In this document: positions 24,311 through 35,996 of the stretch, piece by piece | How the letters are laid out: each line of letters begins with the position of its first letter | Position numbering within the stretch: position 1 is the first letter of the stretch | Assembly: GCF_032191835.1 (NCBI RefSeq) | Contig: NC_083237.1 | Coordinates: forward strand, 23,808,001-23,872,000 | DNA: 64,000 nucleotides | Reading direction: 5' to 3' | Source of the DNA: Heteronotia binoei | Lineage: Eukaryota | The notes under the pieces: generated by a model | Told to the model about the DNA's origin: nothing | Seen by the model: the letters and a program-made list of their open reading frames with translations, nothing else | Databases searched by the model: none | Translations under genes and position numbers: made by a program

Positions 24311-24961
24311 TCACTTCTTTTTGGGCGCCGCCTTCTTGGGCTTGGCCACTTTGGCCTTGGGCGTCTTAGGCTTGGCTTTTGCCTTCGCCTTGACAGCCTT
24401 GGGCTTAGCCGGGCTCTTGGCAGCCTTCTTGGGCTTGGCGGCTTTCTTGGGGCTCTTGGTGGCCTTCTTGGCGGCTGCGGGCTTCTTGGCGGGTTTCTTG
24501 GGGCTCTTCTTGACGGCAGCCGCCTTCTTGGGCTTCTTGGCGGCGCTGGCGGGCTTCTTGGCGGCGGGCTTCTTGGGCTTGAGGGCGGGCTTCTTCTTGG
24601 CGCCCTTGTCCTTGCTCTCGGCCTGCTTCTTGTTGAGCTTGAAGGAGCCGGAGGCGCCGGTGCCTTTGGTCTGGACGAGGGTGCCTTTGCTGACGAGGCT
24701 CTTGAGGCCCAGCTTGATGCGGCTGTTGTTCTTCTCGACGTCGTAGCCGGCGGCCGCCAGGACCTTCTTGAGGGCGGCCAGGGACACGCCGTTGCGCTCC
24801 TTGGAGGCGGCCACCGCCTTGGTCAGCAGCTCGGTGACGCTGGGGCCCGAGGCCTTGCGCGGCTTGGAGGCGCCCCCCGCCGCCGCCTTCTTGCTCTTCT
24901 TGGCCGGCGCCTTGGCGGCCGGGGCGGCGGGTGCGGGCGCTTCGGGAGCCGTCTCCGACAT
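24311..24961 (-). CDS. H1: Replication-dependent linker histone H1 (copy b), 216 aa
   Basis: Identical protein to H1a and identical alternative-frame translations in the ORF track. Confidence 0.98.
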   Translation of the reverse strand: MSETAPEAPAPAAPAAKAPAKKSKKAAAGGASKPRKASGPSVTELLTKAVAASKERNGVSLAALKKVLAAAGYDVEKNNSRIKLGLKSLVSKGTLVQTKGTGASGSFKLNKKQAESKDKGAKKKPALKPKKPAAKKPASAAKKPKKAAAVKKSPKKPAKKPAAAKKATKSPKKAAKPKKAAKSPAKPKAVKAKAKAKPKTPKAKVAKPKKAAPKKK

Positions 24962-25056
24962 GGCTGCTGCTGCTGGGAGGGAGCTGCAAGTGCCTCTCCG
25001 AGAATCGCCCAGAGCCGGAAAGTAAAGTCTGAGCCGGAGCGCGGCGGCCGCCTGCT

Positions 25057-25503
25057 ATTTATAGGGGCGGAGCTGCGCCCTGATTGGTGCGTTGCGCGCG
25101 CGGCTCTCCCCGCGCCAGACATGGCTGCTCCGCCGGCCACTTTGTGTTTCTTGACCCAGACAAAGTGGCCCCTGGCTCCGCCGCCGCGCCGCCCAGGCCC
25201 TCGGCTCCCGGGGGAAACGGAGGCCGAGGATCTCGCCTTGCCCGGCGGCGCCGGCGGGGGCTTGGCGGGGACCCGGCGGGCGCGCCCAGGAGGCAGAAAG
25301 GCGGCGGCTGCCCGCTCGGCGAGTCCCGGACTTCCAAATCTTGGGCTTTTTCTTGCAAATTAAAAAGCCCTCGTCGGGCTCCCGGGCCGGGCAAAGGGGG
25401 CAGGCCAATCTCCGGAGGGTCTGGACCTCCCCAGTTAGGGAACGGATCTCCCCGGAGCTGTCGTGGCCTCGTCCAAGCCCTTTAAAGTGACTCAAGTAAC
25501 ACA
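25057..25503 (-). promoter_or_regulatory. Histone H1b promoter (mirror of the H1a promoter)
   Basis: Reverse complement of 12024-12470 (coordinate sum 37527). Confidence 0.9.
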
Positions 25504-28500
25504 TTCATTCAGTAACTTCGGGATAGTACGTGGGATGCCTGGCCCACAAATGCCCCTCGTTTTAGGCTGTAGATTTTAAAATATACTTCTATTTTTGGTC
25601 TCTTTTGTGCGCTGATGGGCGAAGATGAAGTTTGTACCGCTAGATTCTTAAGTCTGCTCTAATTTTTAAAAAGATAGCCCAACGCTTGTGCAGCAAGGGA
25701 TATGCATTGAAATGGCTGCCATAATGCCTTGCTGCCTGGGACAAAGATGGTCGGCGGTTTGGCTGCATTTTGGACCTCCAGACTTCCCCGTCGCTAATTG
25801 CCATCTTTCCCTTTCTGCTGTCATCTCAATTAAGGACGGGGAGGGTGGTCTGTCTGATGGGAAGGAAACTTGCTAGCTCAAAGGTGACTGGCCATTTTTT
25901 GTTTTCAGTTCCAGTAACCTCTGGTGCATCCTGAAACCCCCTTTACACCCAGTACGATCTACTCCAATTAAGACTATATAAACTGCAGGCTAGGAATTCT
26001 CTGTTATGCATTGGGAATCACTCCCCCCTTTCCATCACCAGTTTTTTGCCCTTCGGTACTGAACGTCTCACCTGAGGAATTCTGAGGAGCTTTCAGGCTG
26101 TTTTATTATATCTTGGTGTGTGTGTGTAATAAAAATCTGTTGGCATTTTTCAAGTTGGGGACATAGATAGACCCTCCCCCCCCTCCAATGACCATATTCT
26201 GTGGTTGCAATAAGAAAAATGTAATCAACAAACACATATCTTAAATCCAAGCAGCTCAGCATGAATGGGGAACGTGCACACACAAAACCCCATGCAAATC
26301 GAAGACCAGGATTTTAAACAGCACTGCTTTCCCAACTTCTTTTGTCCTCACAGTTTCTTTTGACATCACAGATTAATGCCAGCTACATTAATCTCCATAC
26401 CTTTTTGTCAAAACAGATAACTGACTTTACAGATATTGATAGAAGATAGATCCTGATCCACCATTGGACCTCAAGTCAGTTTCCAGCGGGCCATCCAACT
26501 TCTGGATGCTAGGATTCTTTACATAAAACTCAGGTTTTGCTCCTGAATTAAGCAGGTTTTATATCTTTTAGCTAACTTGACTGTTAGCTGTTTAAATTGA
26601 ATCCCCTGACCCCCCAATTTGCAAGCTCTTGCAAGAAATCTGTACATTGGGGGAACCACACCCTGTGGTCCACAGGATTCAGTTTAAACAGCTAACAGCC
26701 AAGTTAACTAAAAGATATAAAACCTATTTAGTTCACTTTGTTCACACTTACATAGAACTCGGTTTCAAAACCAACCTGCTCATTAATTGGACAGGAGCCA
26801 TCAGAAAATTACAGCTATAATCACAAATCAATTCATTTCAATCTGGATAATTTAGCTTCCTTTTCATTTGGGTTTTGCAGTCTCTGGGAAGCTTAGAACT
26901 ATATTGAAGGTAGGGCAGCAGGACTATGTACCATCAGAGCCTGTGATTTAAGTCAGAGGGCTCACTAGACAGTGTCTTACATGTAGGCATGGAATATGAA
27001 GAGTCCAAAACCCTGCGCAGCTCTTATTCTCTCTCACTGTTAACTGGGGAGTGGGGCAAACTAAGAGCAGCTTTGCTGAGTCAAAGTGAAGGTCCTTTCT
27101 GTTTCATACAGTAGCCAACCAAATGGTTATAAGATGTTCACAAACAACACAGGAAAAACAAGCTCCCTCCCTCTGAGAAACTTGGAGGCTTCATTTAGCC
27201 TTAAAGATCTATCCTCTACAATAGTCAATCTATTAACAGACCTATCCTCCAAGCTTTTGTGGGGAAATATTTTTAAAAATCCCTTTGAGGATATAGCAGG
27301 AAAGACTTCAAAACCAGTCTGATATTTCTGCTTTATCTTAGGCAGATTCAGAGCACAAAAGATTTTCTCTGTGCAAACAACCCCCTGCTGAGATTTAAAA
27401 GACCCCAATATTGATTTACATATTTTCTAGTCCATAATTCTGAGGTTTCCTTTTTCTAATGTGAGCAAGGCTGCAACTAACATCTGTGGAATGTAAAGCT
27501 ATCTGTTATGCTGTTTGTTGTTCTCTAATTCTGTAATCCAGATTTAGTACATTGTGTGTAACATGTTTCACTGCATTGCTCTAAGTCTAAAATCTTGCAA
27601 TCCTTGCTTTAATACTAGAACTGTATTGCGTTTCAGCACCATATTCTCTAATTTGGAGGGGTGTTCATATTCTGTTCTTATGGCATTGTCTTTTCAGTTG
27701 AAATCTGCCCCAGGTCTCAGCAAGCAAGGTGGGTAATGAAGTGAAGTGGGTAAATAATCCACCTTTTACAGAAGAATGCACACATGAAATGCACACATGA
27801 AATGGTATTAGGAGCACAAGCTGTTTCAGAAGCAGAGAGCAATCTCAAGGGATGGTTCTGTCCAGCTTTGGTTTATTTTTATTACAATTGTTTAATTTGA
27901 AAATCTTTACAGGAAGATTATAATGAGAACTGGAGAGCTGACAGAAAAGTGCATGTCTGCAGTAGCTGCACATTGGTGGCTGCACCCAGCCACAGATGGT
28001 TTTTCCAAGCTATTTCCACATTTAACATTAAATAGTATGTCTACCATGTTTTGTCACACAACCCTTCTAAAGACTGATGGTGGCATATATGCCTCCACTT
28101 TTTAGTTACACCACCCCCTTTAAGGTAGCTTATGCTAAAATAGAATCAATGCTTGAAGTCACCCAATGAGCTTCTTGACGGAACCCAGTTTTTTCCAGTC
28201 CTAAAACAGAGTTCAATACAGTTTTCAGCCCTTAAAATACAGTACTAATGTATTCTTCTGGAAGACCAGATCTTGCATTTGGAACTGCAATCAGGAACTT
28301 TCCTATCTTGGAAGATTTTGAAAGGTGTTTGTGTGTGTGTGTGTGGGGGGGGTACTATGTATCACATGCATGTACCCAGCACTGTTGTCCTGGTTGTGAG
28401 CTTGATTTGATAGCAGCTTGGAAAACTCCCCCCCTACATAGTTTCCACCATTTGTTTTAAAGGAATCCGAGTCAAGGTCTGTCACAGCTTTCCAAGCTAT

Positions 28501-29188
28501 CGACTGCTTTAGTGACTTGATGGACTTCTCCAGTAGGTGCTTGGGGGGTGGGGCAAAGCAGGAAAAGACTAATTTTTAGTCCATCTTTCCAAAGGAACAA
28601 AGTTTAATTTGTCATCACTTGCATCTTTTGGTATGCTCTTTGTTGCTTCTTATAATGTGAGGCTGGCAGTTAAGCTGCACCCCCCCCCCTTTTCTTTGTT
28701 CTTCGGTAAGACCACTAGCAATGCAGACCAGTCCCTCAACCGCCCTCCTGAAACCAGTCTTGATACTGATTTTGTTCTTTGGAGCAGCAGCAGTAGAATC
28801 AAACTGAAGGATGTGTGTTTAGGAAAGAGAGGTCAAATATCCAAGACAGAAAGTGGCAACCATTTCTATTCGTGAGCATACGCAGACTTTCCGACACAGA
28901 AATGTGAGTTTATTAAAAAAGCAAGAGTAGCAAATTGGATTTACTAGAATGTGAACCACAATACAAAGCGTGTTTCTAGATAGCTTACAGAACTCTTTCA
29001 ACGGTATTGTTAGTAGGGTTCCACTTGCAATATAAACTACTTACCTTTCCTTATGTACACACAAAATCTCAAAGACACTTGCCTAGAACAAATCTCATTA
29101 CTTCTGAAACTATATTCAGAATTGAAAACACCCAGTTACACAATTGTACAAACAAGGAATTCATGCATTAGCACATTTTAAAAAGAAA

Positions 29189-29230
29189 CAGCTCTTTTTA
29201 GGAACTTGTGGGGTGGCCCTGAAAAGGGCC
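29189..29230 (-). terminator. Histone 3' stem-loop and HDE (H4c)
   Basis: GGCCCTTTTCAGGGCC (29215-29230, reverse); AAAAGAGCTG (29189-29198, reverse). Confidence 0.95.
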
Positions 29231-29270
29231 TTTGGGTTCTTTTGGACTTTGCGGTTTACACAGGGAAGTC

Positions 29271-29603
<333 letters not shown>

Positions 29604-29959
29604 CTAAGAATGAACTTTAACAAGTAATGGCCACGGTTTTTATAGACTGGAATCCGACCACAGTGGAAACCAAACTACTATTTTAGAGCCCCGCCTCCAA
29701 AGCATTCTAATTACCTTTAATAAGGAGTCTATACTTTTTCCGCCAATCAGCCAAAGGGGATGTTGTAAACTATCCAATCAGAGATAAGACCACTTTAACA
29801 CCATAGGAGAAAAATTCCAGGGGTGTAGCCTCTTCAATGTCCTTTAACACTCCCCACCCAAACAAATCATATGGTGCATCGAAGATCTGGAAGATCTTTC
29901 TATTTTCAAGGTGTCATAAGACTTTGTTAATTTAGCTGCGCTTGAATACTCTTCGACGC

Positions 29960-30500
29960 TTGTGCAACGCGCATGCATGCTGCTTGCCCTCGTGAGGTAA
30001 CAAACTGGTTCCATTTTGCGGGGAAAGGAGAACTATAGTTCCTGATGCAGGAACCCTCTCTGGGTTTTGACTTTGCAATTCTGAGAGCCACACGCTCTTA
30101 TTTTATTTTTCCCCCATTTGTCTAAGTATACTGCTGCGGGGGGGGGGGGGAGGTCGGCCAAGAGGACGAAGCGGCTGGAAACGCTCGTCTTGAAACAACA
30201 GCTCTGCCGTTGAAACGCATCTCGCTTCTATTTCTAACACCAACCAGCCATTTCTCTAAAGAATTGCGGGGAATGAATCTTGTAACCCCAGCTCCGAATG
30301 CAGAGCTCCACTGATCTCTCTTTCGGAGAATAACAGCCGGAAGCAACAATGGCTGTTCTCATTGCCCCCTACCCAGCCGCCGCCATTTTGCAGAAAAGTC
30401 GATAGGGCCGTGGAAATGCTTTCTTCTGATCATGACCAATCCTATCAAAGCGCGGGAATTTTAAAAATAAACATTTCTTTTTTCGCTCCACTTTCCCGGT
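29960..30500. promoter_or_regulatory. Orphan CpG-retaining promoter-like region
   Basis: GCGCATGC (NRF1-like, ~29970), ACTATAGTTCCTG (ZNF143/THAP11-like, ~30033), CCGGAAG (ETS, ~30338), GCCGCCATTTTG (YY1, ~30379-30390), CCAAT-N10-CGCGG-GAAT-TTTAAA (30436-30465). Confidence 0.55.
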
Positions 30501-30881
30501 TCCTCCGGAATAATTGTTATCGCTCTAACTAAACAAGGGAAGGTTTTGATATTAAAAACAACAGCTGATTTTACCAAGACACACTACGGTAGGTTCAGAC
30601 ATCTGACTCAAGAAAGTTTACGCTTAAATAAGCAATGTTAATGTTTAAGGTGCAGGCAAAGTCCTCTTTGACTTTGCTACTGTGATCCAACATGGCTGCC
30701 TCTCTCGATTTATTCTGTTGGATAAATTATTTCATTGGGCACTGAGGGTCCAACTAGACACCATTTCAAAGACAAATTCAGGCATTTTAAAAATGCCATC
30801 CCCGAAGCAATGGGACCAGGGATCTTGCCATTGAACACCCCCTGCCCCGGCCAAGTTTTCAGGATTCTAATAGCCTTCCCT

Positions 30882-31117
30882 TAGGGTTGCCAGGTTCTGC
30901 CACTGGTGTGTACGTGTGGTTTGGGGGGGGGAGATTAAATAGGGTTACCAGATCCGGGGAAAGAGCCTGGGGAGAACAGGGACCTCAGTGGGGCGCAATG
31001 CCACGGAGTCCACTCTCCAAAGCATGCATTTTCTCCAAGGGAACTGATCGCTGTAGTCTGGAGAGAAGTTGTAATTCCGATGGATCCCCAGGTTTACCCT
31101 GGAGACTGGAATCCATA
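30882..31117. mobile_element. hAT (Blackjack-like, TAGGGTTGCCA TIR) MITE
   Basis: TAGGGTTGCCAG start; internal CTCCAAGGGAACTGATC...CTGGAGA family motif. Confidence 0.7.
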
Positions 31118-31187
31118 CTTCTCACAACTGAATTAAGACATGCTTTACTGATTTTAAACCATTTAAAAGGTAAAGATAGTCCCCTGT

Positions 31188-31866
31188 TGAAACTCAACAT
31201 AAAAAAACTAAGATCATGGCATCTGGCCCCATCACACCTTGGCAAATAAGGGAAGACATGGCAGTAGTGACAGACTTCACATTTCTGGGATCCAAGATCA
31301 CTGCAGATGGTGACTGTAGCCATGAAATTAAAAGATGTTTGCTCCTTGGGAGGACAGCTATGGCAAACCTGGGCAGTATAATAAAAAGTAGAGACATCAT
31401 CCTGCCAACAAAAGTCCATGTAGTCAAAGCGATGGTATTCCCAGTAGTAATGTATGGCTGTGAGAGCTGGACCATAAGGAAGACTGAGCGCAGAAGAATA
31501 GATGCTTTTGCGCTGTGGTGCTGGAGAAGAATCTTGAGAGTTCCGTGGACTGCAAGAAGATCAAATCAGTCAGTCCTAAGGGAAATCAACCCAGACTGTT
31601 CCCTAGAAGGTCAGATGCTGAAGATGAAGCTCAAATACTTTGGCCACCAAATGAGAAGGGAGCATTCACTGGAGAAGATCCTGATGATACGAAAGACAGA
31701 AGGCAAAAGAAGAAGGGGATGGCAAAAGATGAGATGGCTGGACAGTGTTCCTGATGTAACAAACACGAATTTGAGCAGATTTCAGAGGATGGTAGAAAAC
31801 AGGAGGGCCTGGCGTGACTTTGTCCATGGGGTCGTGGAGGGCCGGAGTCAACTGTGTGACTGAACA
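31188..31866 (+). mobile_element. 5'-truncated RTE-BovB LINE
   Basis: ORF 31216-31863 (MASGPITPWQI...MVFPVVMYGCESWTIRK...RRIDAFALWCWRR); 10-bp TSD AGTCCCCTGT at 31178-31187 and 31867-31876. Confidence 0.95.
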
Positions 31867-31965
31867 AGTCCCCTGTGCAAGCATCAGTCGTTTCCGACTC
31901 TGGGTGACGTCGCTTTCACGTTTTTTACAGGGTGGTTTGCCATTGCCTTTCCCACTCGTCTACAC

Positions 31966-32101
31966 TAGGGGTGGCCAACAGTAGCTCTCCAGAAGTTTTT
32001 TGCCTACAACTCCCAGCAGCCCCAGCCAGCATGGCCAATGGCTGGGGCTGATGGGAGTTGTAGGCAAAAAACATCTGGAGAGCTACCGTTGGCTACCCCT
32101 G
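31966..32101. mobile_element. hAT MITE nested in the SINE
   Basis: TIRs TAGGGGTGGCCAAC / GTTGGCTACCCCTG; 8-bp TSD GTCTACAC. Confidence 0.9.
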
Positions 32102-32506
32102 GTCTACACTTTCCCCCCAGCAAGCTGGGTACTCAATTTTACCAACTTTGGAAGGATGGAAGGCTGAGTCAACCTGAGCCGGCTACCTGAAACCAGCTTC
32201 CGCTGGGATCAAACTCAGGTCGTGAGCAGAGAGTTCAGACTGCAGTACTGCAGCTTTACCACTCTGCGCCACGGGGCTCCTTTTTAAAAGGCATATATAG
32301 TGAGAAGAGTGGTATAATGCAGCTACCCTTGATTTAGTTGTGAGACTATAATTTGGGCTGTACTTTATTGCCTCGTTTTAACATGTCACATATATGGACT
32401 TGTTTCATTCTTATTTCCGCTATTAGATTTGTTTTTCAGATTTCAAATCCAGACCCTCTCTTGTACTGATTTATACTTTGTGTGAAAGGCAGAATATAAA
32501 TATATC

Positions 32507-32672
32507 CAGGGCTTTTTTTCTGGAAAAAGAGGTGCCAGAACTCTTGGGAAATGAAGGAGACACACATGGGTGCCCCTCATGAACTTTTAAACTTTTTTTA
32601 AAATATAATTTTGTTTCCACAAAGAGGTTCTGGAACTCTGTTCCGCCACATCCCCCCAGGAAAAATGCCCTA
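32507..32672. mobile_element. hAT MITE
   Basis: CAGGGCTTTTTTT / AAAAATGCCCTA ends; perfect TSD AATATATC. Confidence 0.85.
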
Positions 32673-32699
32673 AATATATCATAAATAAATCTCTCCTTA

Positions 32700-33043
32700 T
32701 TTGGAGGTTTTTAACCAGAGGCTACATGGCCATCTGGCAGCAATGCTGATTCTGTGAAATTAGGCAGATCATGAGATGGAGGGCAGGAAGGGCTGCATCA
32801 GTGCTTAGTTCTTGTGGCCCTTCCTTACATGCTCAGGGAAATGCTTTGCCACTTTTGGGGTCAGGAAGCAATTTTTCTTCAAGCCAATTTGATGAGGGAT
32901 CCTGGACCCCCCCCCCCCCCCCCGGCATCTTCTGGGCAAGGAGCAGGAGTCACTGCAGGTGGGGAAGTATTTGTGAATCTTGCATTGTGCAGGGGTTGGA
33001 CTAGATGACCCTGGAGACCTCTTCCAAGTCTATGATTCTATGA
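32700..33043 (+). mobile_element. CR1 LINE 3' end fragment
   Basis: GGGGTTGGACTAGATGACC...CTATGATTCTATG tail; a reverse fragment of the same type lies at about 40115-40190. Confidence 0.8.
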
Positions 33044-34002
33044 AATCAATTCAAAATTTGGATGAGCATTTCAGTTTTTGGGATTCAGTATCATGGGAGT
33101 GTATGTATCTGCTGCGGATTCAGATATCAGTAACAAAACCCTGAGTTTCTGCCCAAGTGCTTTGGCTGGACTAAGCGTGTACACAGTTTTAGATTTTGCC
33201 AACACTCAGGTTTTAACAGCAAAATTATTGACACTTTCAAAACAACGACAGTGGTAAGCAGTTCAAGTGAAGCTTAACCAGATCACCGTGAGGTTACTCT
33301 GTCCCGAATTTATTAGATTACACTCGCTTTTTTTGTACAGGCATAAACAAAAACAGCTGTTTCCACATCTGCTGAGAATGCTTTTAGACTCTTAGCCCAG
33401 GAAAGGCAGTTCCCCCCTCCACATCTGCCTTCACCCCTGTATCTGTATTTCCGCAAGCCTGCTGTCCAAAGATAGCCCTATAATCATATTCACCCTCTCC
33501 ACACCCTGCCCCCATAGACATCCACTACGTAACGATTTCTGAAGTGGTGTGTTCTATCACATTTTTATCCCACTGTACCCCTAAGCAGCTTGAGGCAGCA
33601 CGTATGGTTCTCTTTTCACTCTACAAACACAGCAGCCCTATGAGGTAGGTTAGTTTGAGAGGAACTAGACTGGCTCAAAGTCACCCAGAAGAGCTCTATG
33701 GCTGAGCAGGGATCTGTTTCCCCTGATTCTAGTCCAATCACTATCTTGTGTTGGCCTTGTCTCCAGTTGACAAGATAGTTTGAGTGTGGACCTAGGGATT
33801 CCCTGACTAAAATCAGCACCAGCTATAGAGGCAAACAAAGAGAAGGAGCAAATCTTGCATTAGTTCTGGCACCTGGTACGGCTACTGTCCCAGTTTCTTG
33901 ACAGCAACCATGTCCCTTTATTAAGGAGTGTTCAGCTCAAAAAAAAAAAATTCCGATACAAGCATCCTGTGGTACCAAGAAAGCCAAGATGGAATGTGGG
34001 GA

Positions 34003-34201
34003 CAGGGTTGCCAGCTCCAGGTTGGGAACACCTGGAAATTTGGGGATGGAGCCTGGGAAGGACAGGGATCTCTGGGAGACAATGCCAAGGAGCCCACCCT
34101 CCAGAACATCCATTTTCTCCAGGGGAACTGATCTCTGTAGCCTGGAGATGAGCTGTACTTCCAGGGGATCCCCAAGCACTACCTGGAAGCTGGCATTCCT
34201 G
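34003..34201. mobile_element. hAT Blackjack-like MITE
   Basis: CAGGGTTGCCAG / CTGGCATTCCTG ends. Confidence 0.7.
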
Positions 34202-34250
34202 GGGGGGCGGGCTGCTTCCTCAGAATCTCCCTCTTAAAGTTCTTCTAATG

Positions 34251-34612
34251 CAGGGGTCCTCAACCTTTTTGAGCCTGGGGGTCACCTTTGGAATTTTGAC
34301 AGTGTGATAGGTGCAATCACAAAATGGCTGCTCCCACGTGGGCGCTGCAGGAAGCGGGACCAGCCACAAAATGGCTGCTGAGGCTTACCTTCAGTCAAGC
34401 AGTGAAGATCCTAGTGCTATGTTGGCAGCTACTACCAAAACACAATTTTTTGAAATTTGTAGAGCCAATGAAATCTCCAGTGCTTAATGAGAAACCTTGC
34501 TGTGTAAAAAACCCACCTGGCCCTAGCCACTTTCTAAAACCATTTTGTGAGCACTCAGGTTGGGAGGGGAGGAGTTACCATAGTGTCCATAGGCACCACA
34601 TTGGGGGCTCCT
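34251..34612. mobile_element. hAT Charlie-like MITE
   Basis: CAGGGGTCCTCAACC start, degraded right TIR, TTCTAA-containing TSD-like flanks. Confidence 0.65.
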
Positions 34613-34742
34613 TTTCTAACATTTCATACTGTAGGGTCCTATGAAGCCATAATCTGTTTCTGGAAAATGGCAAGTTCAAAATATGACATGAACCCACTAT
34701 AAAATCCAAACACAATCCAAGTCATACCATGTGGCTCTGCAA

Positions 34743-35301
34743 TAGGGTTGCCAAGTCCAATTCAATAAATATCTGGGAACTTTGGGGGTGGAGCCAGGAT
34801 ACATGAAGGATAGGGGCACCATTTTGGGGGGCTCATAGAATTGGACCCCCTGGTCCAATCGTTTTGAAACTTGGGGGGTATTTTGGGGAGAGGCACTAGA
34901 TGCTATACTGAAGATTTGGTGCCTCTACCTCAAAAAACAGCTCCCCCAGAGCCCCCGATACTTCCAGATCAATTTCCCATTATACCCTAAGAGAATCGAT
35001 CTCCACATAGGGAATAATGTAGTGCCCAGCACACATTTCCCTCCCCCCCCCCCCTTTCTGGCGACTCTGAAGCGAGGGATTGGCATCTCTAATTACGAGT
35101 TGCTGCCAACTTCTTCAAAGTAACATAGACACACCATCCCAAGAGGAAGCCTTTCAACTGAAGACTGAAGCCTCCAGAAGTGGAAAGTCACATGGGGGCT
35201 GTGAGGGCGGGGTTTTCCCCTGTGGGCCAGCTGACTGGGGGCGGGAAGGAGCCTGGGAAAGCGGGAGAACCCCCGCTGGGACCTGCGGATTGGCAAGCCT
35301 A
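34743..35301. mobile_element. hAT Blackjack-like non-autonomous element
   Basis: TAGGGTTGCCAA / TTGGCAAGCCTA; perfect TSD CTCTGCAA. Confidence 0.9.
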
Positions 35302-35839
35302 CTCTGCAACATTGAGAATTCTAACTTTCAATGACTTTGGTGGACTTAGAAAAGGAGAAACTGTGCTCAGGACAACACCATCAACCTGTTCCAAATCCAT
35401 CCATCTATCCATATTCTTAGAAAAGGATATCCTGATTGCTCCCAAATGGAAATACTATAACATTCTCAGTATCATTTTATCCTAACAACAGCCATGTGAG
35501 GTAGGGCAAAGACAGAACAGGCCCCAAGTCAATCAGTGAGTTTCCATGACAGAATTCAAACCTGGCCCTCCCCAAGCCTAGCCCAGTACTTTAACCCTAC
35601 AAAATACCACCTGTGCTTTAATCCTCTTACCCTCTAAGTGGCATTTGAAGCGGGTGCATCTCTTAACATTCATCATGGAGCCAAGGTGAAGTTGGATAGT
35701 GCTCTATAATCTTAATTGTGTTTTCATTTTATGCAGTGCAATATATTCCCCAATTCATAGGTTGTTCTGTTCAGGTATCTGCAGTTTCACTGGGGGTAGT
35801 ACATCTGACATTGGTAAAATCAATCTGTAATTACACATG

Positions 35840-35845
35840 TTTATT
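35840..35845 (-). terminator. Candidate ZNF579 polyadenylation signal
   Basis: AATAAA on the minus strand about 150 nt after the stop. Confidence 0.4.
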
Positions 35846-35996
35846 TTTTTATAATTGACATGCACGGCAGTCCTCAGAGGGAGTGCTGTTTGTCCAGAAT
35901 CATCTGTTCGCTTGGTTGGCCTTGTCAGTTATTTGCTGCCTTCCTTCCTCATAGCTGAGGTGACCACTTCACATTATCCCCCAGTTCCTGGTCCCA

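Larger units (their letters stand above)
31166..32281 (-). mobile_element. Sauria-type SINE interrupted by a BovB fragment and a hAT MITE
   Basis: Tail at 31166-31187, resumes at 31867, head at 32281. Confidence 0.85.

Noticed and set aside
26292-26299. Octamer ATGCAAAT as a relic H2B promoter
   Set aside because: Isolated 8-mer with no adjacent TATA/CCAAT at H2B spacing and no H2B-like sequence.
26400-27750. Possible ancient LINE ORF or pseudogene on the minus strand (e.g. EKGNLRIM)
   Set aside because: Only a few residues resemble L1 ORF1 and stops are frequent; it would need a profile search.
31680-31696. Hammerhead core CTGATGA...GAAA
   Set aside because: Only 3 nt between the core halves (no stem II), and it lies in BovB coding sequence.
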